From a virus, in IMG/VR virus record IMGVR_UViG_3300040801_005898: 64,000 bases of DNA; one strand, 5' to 3'. The number at the start of each line of letters is the position of its first letter. The first letter of the stretch is position 1. Shown piece after piece: positions 18,784-26,994 of the stretch. The position numbers and the translations under genes were made by a program. The notes beneath the pieces are model-generated. The model saw nothing but the letters and a program-made list of their open reading frames with translations, did no database searches and was not told the DNA's origin.

Positions 18784-19599
18784 ATGCTAACATTAGAAAA
18801 CGTAAAGGATTTTTGTGCCGAAAAAGGCATTTCAGTTAACAACCTTTTACCTCCTCAAGAGGATTATGCTGAAAGATTATTACAGAAGTACACTTGGCAG
18901 ACCAGCGCTAGATATATAGCCTTGGTCTGCCATAAAGACTATGGTAAAAAAAGCAGTCTAGCGAAAAGTTTAGAGAGATTCTACAAATCTCCATTGGGAC
19001 AAGATTTCAAAAAACCAGGGACAAACGAAGAAGAGTGCAATATTGCTTTTAAAAAGAACCGCATTCAAAATACAAATTTGCCAGATACAGAAGTTTTGGC
19101 AAATATAGAAAATCTTCTTCATAAAGGAATAGCAGTACAAAAAATTGCAGACAGATATGGTTTGAGCGCAAGAAAAGTCCTCAAAGTTCGGGACCAACTA
19201 ATAACGACACATCCCGAATTAATAAATCAAAGAAAGAGAAAAAATGCTTCAAACATGAAGCATTATGGTCGAAAATCGGCCATCAAATCAGAACTTATAA
19301 AACAGAACGATATATCCTTTACTTTACTAAGCGAAAGGATTAAAGCTGCCTGTAGAACAGTGATGAGCGCATGGGAAGAGATGCTTATCACCGGGGAAGC
19401 GAATCAACTGCTTTTAACCCAAGAGCAATTAACGGGAAAGCTTCTTTTCACAAACCACAGAAAGTTATCGCCAAAAGAGGTATCTTGGGCGCAACAAAAT
19501 CTTAAGCAAGGATGGACAACAGAAAGCATAGCTTATGCCATGCGCGTGAATAAGAATTGTCTGCTAAAATACCTAATAGACAATTCTTACACCAGATAA
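18784..19599 (+). CDS. hypothetical protein with HTH-like segments
   Basis: VQKIADRYGLSARKV and TTESIAYAMRVNKNCL HTH-like patterns. Confidence 0.7.
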   Translation: MLTLENVKDFCAEKGISVNNLLPPQEDYAERLLQKYTWQTSARYIALVCHKDYGKKSSLAKSLERFYKSPLGQDFKKPGTNEEECNIAFKKNRIQNTNLPDTEVLANIENLLHKGIAVQKIADRYGLSARKVLKVRDQLITTHPELINQRKRKNASNMKHYGRKSAIKSELIKQNDISFTLLSERIKAACRTVMSAWEEMLITGEANQLLLTQEQLTGKLLFTNHRKLSPKEVSWAQQNLKQGWTTESIAYAMRVNKNCLLKYLIDNSYTR

Positions 19600-19604
19600 A
19601 AATA

Positions 19605-22028
19605 ATGAGTGATGATTTTCCAAGCTTGACAGGGCCATTGGTCTGTTGTCGTAGCTACAGCCGTCAAAAACATAATGGCGATCGTGAAACATGGATAGAG
19701 ATATGCAACAGAACGATTGATGGATTACAACGGTTAGGCAAGCTGACCGACAACGAAGCAAAATTGCTTTATGAAATGCAGGTTAATCTTCTTGCCATGA
19801 GTTCCGGTCGTTGGCTTTGGGTAGGAGGCACTGAATGGAGCGATTGCCCTGAAAATTACAGCGGGGCATATAATTGTAGCTCCACCAACATTAAAAACTG
19901 GGAATCTTTTGGCCTATTGATGAACCTGGCAATGATGGGTTGTGGCACCGGTGCGGTGTTGCTGCCTGAATACCTAGAATCTCTGCCAGTTATCAAGAAC
20001 AAGCTTAAAGTTACCGTATTGCAAGATTTGGGTCAAGTACCCAAAAGCGATCGCCTAGAACAAACCAAGATCAAATCTCACCCAGACGGGACAGTAGATA
20101 TCTGGGTAGGAGATTCCCGCCAAGGATGGGTCGAGTCTTACCAAAAATTGCTAGAACTCAGCAGCGACGACTCTTTCATCGAGGGAGAAATAAAAATTGC
20201 CATTCACTTAGAAAATGTGAGGCCCTCAGGCGAACGGCTGGAAGGATTCGGAGGGGTGGCAAACCCGGTTAAGTTATCCCAAATGTACGAACGGGTTGCT
20301 AAAGTTCTGAAAAAAGCAGTAGGCAGACAGGTTAACTCTTTAGAAGCTTGCTTGCTAATAGATGAAGCGGCTGTTTGTGTTGTGGCAGGAAATGTCCGCC
20401 GTAGTGCCGGCATGAGACAATTTGCCCAACAGGACAGGTGGGGAGAAACCGCAAAAAACAACCTCTGGCAACCCGGAGAAGACGGAACGTGGCGCATCGA
20501 CCCGGAACGAGACGCATTGCGCATGGCAAACCACTCCCGAATTTTCCACCGCAAACCTACTCTTGATGAAGTAGTGGAGGCAGTGCGCAAGCAATTTTAT
20601 TCTGGAGAAGGAGCAATTCAATGGGCAGGTGAGACATTAGCTCGTGCTAATGCAGATTTGCTGGATAGCGATCGCTTCAAGCAAAACTTTCTCGCCAAAT
20701 ATTCCGGAGGAGGAGCAAATGCCGCAAAAGGATATTTGTCACTACGCTACCTAGAAGAAACAAACTCCGAGATAAGCGATCGGGAATTGAAACACCGAAT
20801 GAAACGGGTGGGTTTGAATCCTTGTGGCGAGATTATCGGCAGCGACTATCACTGCAATTTGTCAGAAGTTCATCTTAATCGAATAGATCCGTTTGATTTT
20901 GACACTCAGGAAAAAGCGTTTACCGCAGCGGGCCTCGCTGTCGCATCTTTGTTGCAACACAAATTTGCAGTACCTCGCTACCAAGAAAGTCGAGAGTTAG
21001 ACCCCATTGTGGGAGTGTCTTTTACCGGGCTGTTTGACTTCTTTGTTAATGCTTTTGGGGCAGAGTGGTTGCATTGGTGGGAAACAGGATTATCCAAAGA
21101 TTTTATAACCGACAATCTTTCACCCCAGATGGTCAAACTATTGAATCTATTTGGAGTAGATGAAGTAGGCTATGAGGAAAACTATGCAGCTCTCAATGGT
21201 GGATATCGACTCGGGTGGGTATTTTCCGATTGTACCCAATGGTTTCTAACTCGTTGGAAAAAGATTGCGCAATATGCAATTTGGGCATATTGCGATCGCC
21301 ACGGTTTAAAACGTCCGAACCGCTACACCTGTGTCCAACCTGCCGGCACTAAATCTCTGCTTACCGGTGCATCTCCGGGTTGGCATCCTCCCTTCGGAAA
21401 ACGTTACATCCGTCGCATAACTTTTGCCAAAAACGATCCAGTCGCGCTGGCTTGTTTGGATGCTGGCTATTCCGTAGTGCCGGGGCAGTCAGATAAAGAC
21501 GAAAACGGAGTTTTGTTAACAAACCCTTACGATCCACGGGTTACAGAATGGCTGGTAGAAGTTCCCGTAGAAATGCCTTGGGCAAATTTGCCAGGTGTGG
21601 AAAACATAGAGATTGAGAAGTTTGGGGCACTAGCTACCTTTGATTTTTATATGCAAGTTCAGAAACATTGGACTACCCACAACACCAGCGCCACTATTTT
21701 GTTTGAAGAAAACGAGATAGAGCCGTTGGGGCAGCGGATATATGAAGCCATTCGAGATGATGAAGGTTACATCTCTGCTGCTCTATTAGCTAAAAGTAAC
21801 GCACCATTTCCCCGGTTGCCGTTTGAGGCGATCGATAAGCCAACTTATGATAAAATGGTGGAAAATATAGAAAAGCGATCGCGTACTGATGGAAATTTTA
21901 ATATTTGGGTAGCAGAATATTCTAAAGGAAAAGCGATCGCTCCTCAAGATTCTGCTTGCGAGGCATTAAAATGTAAAATGAATGCCGCAAAGCCAAACCA
22001 TAAAGAATATATGCCAAATTCCATCTAG
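19605..22028 (+). CDS. nrdJ: adenosylcobalamin-dependent ribonucleoside-triphosphate reductase (class II, monomeric)
   Basis: NPCGE, CNLSEVHL, TCVQPAGTKSLLTGASPGWHPP, C-terminal redox Cys pair; no intein seen; likely start 19605. Confidence 0.95.
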   Translation: MSDDFPSLTGPLVCCRSYSRQKHNGDRETWIEICNRTIDGLQRLGKLTDNEAKLLYEMQVNLLAMSSGRWLWVGGTEWSDCPENYSGAYNCSSTNIKNWESFGLLMNLAMMGCGTGAVLLPEYLESLPVIKNKLKVTVLQDLGQVPKSDRLEQTKIKSHPDGTVDIWVGDSRQGWVESYQKLLELSSDDSFIEGEIKIAIHLENVRPSGERLEGFGGVANPVKLSQMYERVAKVLKKAVGRQVNSLEACLLIDEAAVCVVAGNVRRSAGMRQFAQQDRWGETAKNNLWQPGEDGTWRIDPERDALRMANHSRIFHRKPTLDEVVEAVRKQFYSGEGAIQWAGETLARANADLLDSDRFKQNFLAKYSGGGANAAKGYLSLRYLEETNSEISDRELKHRMKRVGLNPCGEIIGSDYHCNLSEVHLNRIDPFDFDTQEKAFTAAGLAVASLLQHKFAVPRYQESRELDPIVGVSFTGLFDFFVNAFGAEWLHWWETGLSKDFITDNLSPQMVKLLNLFGVDEVGYEENYAALNGGYRLGWVFSDCTQWFLTRWKKIAQYAIWAYCDRHGLKRPNRYTCVQPAGTKSLLTGASPGWHPPFGKRYIRRITFAKNDPVALACLDAGYSVVPGQSDKDENGVLLTNPYDPRVTEWLVEVPVEMPWANLPGVENIEIEKFGALATFDFYMQVQKHWTTHNTSATILFEENEIEPLGQRIYEAIRDDEGYISAALLAKSNAPFPRLPFEAIDKPTYDKMVENIEKRSRTDGNFNIWVAEYSKGKAIAPQDSACEALKCKMNAAKPNHKEYMPNSI

Positions 22029-22062
22029 CATATTTTTTGTTAACAAATTGTAGTTTCAAGGC

Positions 22063-22098
22063 AAAATCTCCCAGTTCAAACATGAGCCGGGAGATTTT
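22063..22098. terminator. intrinsic terminator (possibly bidirectional)
   Basis: AAAATCTCCC/GGGAGATTTT stem. Confidence 0.75.
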
Positions 22099-22109
22099 CG
22101 CTAAATATT

Positions 22110-23048
22110 ATGAAAGCAGAATTAGTAAAAAGATTGTTTCGGGCGATCGCTTCTGATGATAAGCAGGCAGTAAACAAACTGCTCAAAATAGCGATCGCCA
22201 CCGAAAGAAACAATGGCCACACCCGGATAGCCGATGAGTTAGAGCAGATTCTCGATCGCTGCTCTTATGGCGTATTGTCAGAGTTGACATCAGAATCAGC
22301 ATCTTTAATAAATGTTTGTTGTGGCGATCGCTTAAAAAATTGGATGGTTTTGTCAGATGCGATCGAGTCAAAGTTTGCTCAAATCGAAAAAGAGTATGCA
22401 GCAAGGGAAAGGCTGCAAAATGTAGGTTTACCTTACCTTCAAAGAATACTTTTGTACGGACCGCCAGGGTGCGGGAAGAGCTTGGGGGCTGAAAGGTTGG
22501 CTAAAAATCTAGGGCTACCTTTGCTAAAAGTTCAACTAAGCCAACTCATTGATTCATATTTAGGCAATACTGCAAAAAACATAAAAACAGTTTTTGAGAT
22601 AGCAAATAAAAACCCATCAGTATTGTTCTTAGATGAATGCGATGCTCTAATGTGGAGCAGGAGTTCTGACAGCGGTGAAAATGTTCGGGAGATGAAACGA
22701 ACTGTCAATACTTTGCTGCAAGCGTTAGATGAATTTGAGTCCCAAGATGCTATGATCGTTGCAGCAACAAATTTAGAGTCTTCTCTCGATTTTGCAATTT
22801 GGAGAAGGTTCGACGAAACAATTTTTATGCCAAAGCCTAATGCTGCTGAGATTGAAAAAATGTTAAGCAAGTTGCTTGACAAAAATCATGGATGGGAAGC
22901 CTGGTTGCCAAAACTAAATGGTTATTCTCATGCGGAAATTGTCAAAGTATGCCAAAAGGCGAGAAAATTAGCATTTTTTGATAATTGTGCCGTTTCCCAA
23001 AAACACTTGGCTAATGCAATAGCAGTAATTGAAATTAAAGGGCAATAA
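22110..23048 (+). CDS. AAA+ ATPase resembling the IetA partner of S8-peptidase systems
   Basis: Walker A GPPGCGKS, Walker B LFLDECD, AATN, WRRFD; N-terminus MKAELVKRLFRAIAS...ER..GH..IA.ELE. Confidence 0.85.
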   Translation: MKAELVKRLFRAIASDDKQAVNKLLKIAIATERNNGHTRIADELEQILDRCSYGVLSELTSESASLINVCCGDRLKNWMVLSDAIESKFAQIEKEYAARERLQNVGLPYLQRILLYGPPGCGKSLGAERLAKNLGLPLLKVQLSQLIDSYLGNTAKNIKTVFEIANKNPSVLFLDECDALMWSRSSDSGENVREMKRTVNTLLQALDEFESQDAMIVAATNLESSLDFAIWRRFDETIFMPKPNAAEIEKMLSKLLDKNHGWEAWLPKLNGYSHAEIVKVCQKARKLAFFDNCAVSQKHLANAIAVIEIKGQ

Positions 23049-23189
23049 AGATGCAATGTGGCAGATTTCCAATTTTTGTGCTATGCTGATCTACAAGCAT
23101 TTAGCAGATTCCTAGAAGTCGCCAGGCGTTCGATAAAGGACCCTATTTTTATCAATGATGCCATTAGGCGTTCAGCACCTTAATTTTAC

Positions 23190-23229
23190 TTGACAAATTG
23201 ACCAAACTCCTGTAATATTGGTTTGTCAA
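23190..23229 (+). promoter_or_regulatory. sigma70 promoter flanked by an inverted repeat
   Basis: TTGACA(23190)-N17-TAATAT(23213); TTGACAAA/TTTGTCAA inverted repeat. Confidence 0.7.
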
Positions 23230-24443
23230 CTTCAAGCAAGGAAAATGTTGTGAAAAGACAACTTAACTTGTTTAGCGATCGCGCTCTAACTTGGCAAGAG
23301 CAACTACAAATAACGAAAGACAGTCTAAACAGTTACGGCAAAGACTATGACCGTTGGTTATTTTGCTTTAGCGGTGGTAAAGATTCCACCGCTACTGTAA
23401 CAATAGCAGACCACCTGTTCAACACAGGAGAAGTCAAAAAGCCCAAAGAACTCCACTGCATCTATGTAGATACGAGACAGGAACTTTTGCCACTACAGGA
23501 GTCAGCGCAACTAATCCTCAAAAAGCTATCCGATAATGGATGGCAAACTCATGTTGCGATGCCAGAGTTGGATAAAAGATTTTTGGTGTACATCCTGGGG
23601 CGTGGTGTCCCACCTCCCAACAATTCCACGTTCCGTTGGTGTACCGAAAAATTGAAACTAGCCCCGATAAAAGAAACCCTGAACAGGCTACAAGCTGACA
23701 AAGAAAAAAGTTTAATGGTCACTGGAATAAGAATGGGGGAAAGTGCAGTACGCGATCGCCGCATTCTCTATTCTTGCAGTAAAAACGCGGGAGAATGCGG
23801 TCAGGGTTGGTTTCAAAAGATGGGAAACGAATCAGATGAATATGACACCCTAGCCCCCATCCTGACCTGGCGGGTTTGTCAAGTTTGGGAGTGGCTTGTC
23901 TTGGCAGAATTAGAACACGGGTATCCGACATCATTACTGGCAGAAGTTTATGGCGGGGACGAAGCGATCGAGAAAGAGACCAGAACCGGGTGTGTCGGAT
24001 GCCCATTGGCAACCCAAGACACTGCGCTAGATAACCTGGTAAAACTAGACAAGTGGAAATATCTACAGCCATTAACTAAGCTGCGTTCTCTCTACACTGA
24101 GTTGAGAAGTTTCGATCGCCGTCTCCAAAAGACAAAACCAGAGATATTGAAAAATGGCAGTATTGGCAAAAACCCAGGGAGAAAAGGACCGCTAACCTTA
24201 GAAACTAGAAAATGGGCATTAGACCGGGTATTGGCTATCCAAGAGGAAATAAATTTTGTAGCGCAAAAAGAAAATCGCGATCGGGTTGACATTTTAACAT
24301 CAGAAGAGGAAAATAGGATTAGAGAATTAATAAGCTGTCGCACATGGCCGAATGGTTGGACCGGTGACGAGCCTGTGGGCAATAAGTTGTTTGGCCAATA
24401 TTATCAAGACGGCAGCTATCAACCTACTATTTTTGAGGTATAA
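23223..24443 (+). CDS. PAPS-reductase family protein, DndC-like
   Basis: FSGGKDS, GVPPPNNSTFRWCTEKLK, GIRMGES..R, RTGCVGCP; likely start GTG 23250. Confidence 0.85.
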   Translation: MSTSSKENVVKRQLNLFSDRALTWQEQLQITKDSLNSYGKDYDRWLFCFSGGKDSTATVTIADHLFNTGEVKKPKELHCIYVDTRQELLPLQESAQLILKKLSDNGWQTHVAMPELDKRFLVYILGRGVPPPNNSTFRWCTEKLKLAPIKETLNRLQADKEKSLMVTGIRMGESAVRDRRILYSCSKNAGECGQGWFQKMGNESDEYDTLAPILTWRVCQVWEWLVLAELEHGYPTSLLAEVYGGDEAIEKETRTGCVGCPLATQDTALDNLVKLDKWKYLQPLTKLRSLYTELRSFDRRLQKTKPEILKNGSIGKNPGRKGPLTLETRKWALDRVLAIQEEINFVAQKENRDRVDILTSEEENRIRELISCRTWPNGWTGDEPVGNKLFGQYYQDGSYQPTIFEV

Positions 24444-24444
24444 A

Positions 24445-24609
24445 ATGAAAAGTGAATTTCGCAATTGTTTGGCATATTGGGTAGAAAGAGTGTTTGATGA
24501 GGCGATCGCTCTAGTAAACAAACTTGACGTATGGCAGCAAAAACGAGCGATCGAGAAAACTCGCGCAAAATTAGAAAAACAATTCATATCTCAAAAAAAG
24601 GAGCTATAA
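24445..24609 (+). CDS. small hypothetical protein
   Basis: ATG immediately after the upstream stop. Confidence 0.5.
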   Translation: MKSEFRNCLAYWVERVFDEAIALVNKLDVWQQKRAIEKTRAKLEKQFISQKKEL

Positions 24610-24620
24610 TTAACCTGATG

Positions 24621-24692
24621 GGGCGTATAGCTTAAAGGATAAAGCACCGGGTTTCTACCCCGACAATCTAGGTTCGATTCCTAGTACGCTCG
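24621..24692 (+). tRNA. trnR: tRNA-Arg(UCU), no encoded CCA
   Basis: Acceptor GGGCGTA/TACGCTC, D arm GCTT/AAGC, loop TT-TCT-AC, T arm CTAGG-TTCGATT-CCTAG; TATAAT 10 nt upstream. Confidence 0.92.
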
Positions 24693-25663
24693 TGAGTTTG
24701 GACAGAAAATTGGTAAAAGTTATAGAGTTATTTGCCGGTGGTGGAGGATTTCGCTTAGGACTGCCTCCAGATGCCGAAATTGTTTTGGCAGTGGAGATAG
24801 ACCCAGAAATCGCCACTGTTTACGCTCGCAATTTTGACCCTCAAAATTTACGGGTCGATGACATTACAAATATTGATTTTACGCCATACAAAGGAGTCGA
24901 TTTAATTGTTGGCGGGCCGCCTTGTCAAGACTATTCAGTTGCCAACAACAAAGGAGACCGAACAAGCGATCGCTCTCAACTAGGTATGCAAATGTTGAGA
25001 GCGATCGAAGAGGCAAATCCCAAAACATTCATCTTAGAAAACGTCCGTAACTTTGGAGCAAGCCAAGTTTGGGCAAAGTTCCAAAAGCGATGTTTAGCTT
25101 TGGGATATAAAGTTGCTTGCGGGGTACTAAAAGCGGCAGATTATGGAGTACCTCAGAGCAGAAAAAGGTTTATTGCGGTAGGGACTCTTGATAAAAAACC
25201 GCCTCAACTCCCATTCCCCACTCACGATAAAGAAGGAGGATTCTTATTTAAGCATTGGGAAGGATGGTGGGACGCGATCGCTGACTTAAAGATTCCCAAG
25301 CAAGACTTAGCCCCATTTCAGCAAAATGCAATGTCTGGAAACTTGAGGCAGAAGATACTTAAAGGAGCGATCGTGCTAATTCCCCGAGTTGGATTCAACC
25401 CTAAAGACGGGTTGTTTCATCGAGACAAGTGGGAACCGGCATTTACTGTCAGGGCGTTCGGCCATAAACGGGGACATTGGGCAAAGTTTAATGTTGTCAC
25501 ATCAGAAGCCTCTTATCTTGCTTCTCCTCGATGCTTGGCAAGATGGCAAACTTTCCCAGATAGTTATGTTTTGCCCGATAATTCTTTACTGGCAGGGAAA
25601 GCGATCGGTAATGCAATTCCCCCACTGCTGGCAAAAGCTATTTTTGATGCAAATTTCAAGTAA
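24692..25663 (+). CDS. DNA cytosine-5 methyltransferase
   Basis: LFAGGGG, GGPPCQ, ENV, PQSRKR and GNAIPP motifs. Confidence 0.95.
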   Translation: MSLDRKLVKVIELFAGGGGFRLGLPPDAEIVLAVEIDPEIATVYARNFDPQNLRVDDITNIDFTPYKGVDLIVGGPPCQDYSVANNKGDRTSDRSQLGMQMLRAIEEANPKTFILENVRNFGASQVWAKFQKRCLALGYKVACGVLKAADYGVPQSRKRFIAVGTLDKKPPQLPFPTHDKEGGFLFKHWEGWWDAIADLKIPKQDLAPFQQNAMSGNLRQKILKGAIVLIPRVGFNPKDGLFHRDKWEPAFTVRAFGHKRGHWAKFNVVTSEASYLASPRCLARWQTFPDSYVLPDNSLLAGKAIGNAIPPLLAKAIFDANFK

Positions 25664-25694
25664 AACAAAAGCCGCGATTACCCAAATCGCGGCT
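25662..25694 (-). terminator. intrinsic terminator closing the minus-strand ncRNA unit
   Basis: AGCCGCGATT/AATCGCGGCT stem; T-tract on the minus strand. Confidence 0.85.
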
Positions 25695-25707
25695 ACTGAA
25701 GTGTCGA

Positions 25708-25827
25708 TGGAACAGGCCGGACTCGAACCGGCAAACCTCCCGCCCCGAACGAGATGCAGAATTGAACTGCTGGTTTACCAACACCTAAAAAAGGTGCGGG
25801 CGCTCTGCCATTTTGAGCTACTGTCCC
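25708..25827 (-). ncRNA. tRNA-Ala-like RNA with a 52-nt structured insert replacing the anticodon loop
   Basis: Acceptor GGGACAG/CTGTTCC+A (G3.U70, A73), D stem GCTC/GAGC, anticodon stem CCCGC/GCGGG, T arm GCCGG-TTCGAGT-CCGGC. Confidence 0.8.
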
Positions 25828-25829
25828 AA

Positions 25830-26144
25830 AAGTTGAGAGAGAAGTTGCACGCTCCTCTCTTACCCAGTTACCATTTCCGGGGCGCATTTATGATTCAGCG
25901 CGGCTTGCTGCAGAAGCTCTGGTTTTACCCAAAAGATTATCAGCAAGGTAACTAACCGTTCGACTTGTATTCCCCGGAGATAGTGCTATTTTTCGGAGCC
26001 GTCGCTCGCACGAGGGAAGTCTAGGCGTTTGCATCCCTAAATTTTAACCCTAACCGTTTCTCTGTCTTTTAAACGGCCTACGAATCTGCTAGGGTAATTG
26101 TAAAGCCCGACTTTACTTTCTGAAAAACATACTCATCAATTAAG
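25830..26144 (-). ncRNA. putative structured ncRNA upstream of the tRNA-like element
   Basis: Multiple perfect helices and a 7-bp pseudoknot, no ORF, promoter directly upstream. Confidence 0.6.
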
Positions 26145-26150
26145 CTGAAA

Positions 26151-26179
26151 AGCATATAATTCAAGTCTAGCAAAGTCAA
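26151..26179 (-). promoter_or_regulatory. sigma70 promoter
   Basis: TTGACT-N17-TATGCT on the minus strand. Confidence 0.7.
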
Positions 26180-26318
26180 GCTTTTTTGCCTTTAACCGAC
26201 GCAACTGACCAAATCACTTGTCAAAGGCCATAGTTTTCTCAATATCAATTTTAATGATAGCAGAGATTATCAAGATTCGCAACCGGTAAAGTCTTTATCT
26301 TTGTCAAAGCCGTGAAGG

Positions 26319-26993
26319 TTAATCTAGATTTATCAAAGTAGTTTCGTTTAACTCGTTAATCAACTCTCGGCATAAATCATTTGCCACTAACGTGTGGTTT
26401 TTTTGTATGTTTGACAAGATACGCTTTGATAGCCTTTGTGCATAAGGCAAACTCATAACAGAAATTATGCCATAATGCTCAAAAACTTTGTTAAAAACCT
26501 CCACTCGATCGCCCCAGTACAAAAAAGCGCTAACAAAACTTGTTTGCGTTTTCGGATTGCCAGTAGTAGGCTCTATGAAATGTATTCGGTTTGTCCAAAT
26601 ACATTGAGCATTTGCTTTTTTCGCGTGAGGAGCGGTACGTTCTGTTCCGAGGCAACCAACAGGAACAAGGGCGATCGCTTCTTTGATGTTGCCAACTTCT
26701 AGTTGCCGATTAATTTCCTCTATCCACCCAGAGGGATCGCTATACGGCGGATTAATAAAGGCATTTTTTTCCCAATGATGCAGCAATCCATTCTTTTTGG
26801 GCGTGTAAAATTTTATTGCATTAGTGGGATTGTCCTCCGCCGTACATGGGTCTGTGTGAATTTGTCCTTCAAATACTTCCCGCACCAATGTCAAAATATG
26901 CTCTGGTGTTTGCCAGCAGTCTTTAACTGTTACTGGTGTTGGCTTAACCTCGTATTCAAGGCCGTCAATTGTTAACTGAATATGTTCCGTCAT
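26319..26993 (-). CDS. phage-type DNA N6-adenine methyltransferase
   Basis: DCWQTP, TDPCT, FINPPYS, RIHF. Confidence 0.9.
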   Translation of the reverse strand: MTEHIQLTIDGLEYEVKPTPVTVKDCWQTPEHILTLVREVFEGQIHTDPCTAEDNPTNAIKFYTPKKNGLLHHWEKNAFINPPYSDPSGWIEEINRQLEVGNIKEAIALVPVGCLGTERTAPHAKKANAQCIWTNRIHFIEPTTGNPKTQTSFVSAFLYWGDRVEVFNKVFEHYGIISVMSLPYAQRLSKRILSNIQKNHTLVANDLCRELINELNETTLINLD

Positions 26994-26994
26994 T

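Noticed and set aside
23223-24443. Complete Dnd phosphorothioation system
   Set aside because: Only a DndC-like gene is present; no DndB/D/E or cysteine desulfurase in the window.
25728-25800. Group I intron or archaeal BHB intron in the tRNA-like gene
   Set aside because: The insert is ~45 nt longer than a normal loop, lacks P/Q/R/S elements and a clean bulge-helix-bulge, and no splice position restores a canonical anticodon loop.
18613-25964. Shared 11-mer GTCGAACGGTT between the intron and the ncRNA
   Set aside because: Too short and without flanking colinearity; treated as chance.
25830-26120. RNase P RNA or tmRNA
   Set aside because: Only partial resemblance (AAAGTCGGGC); the GAGGAAAGUCC and ACAGAACCCGGCUUA P4 strands and a tag reading frame are not present.
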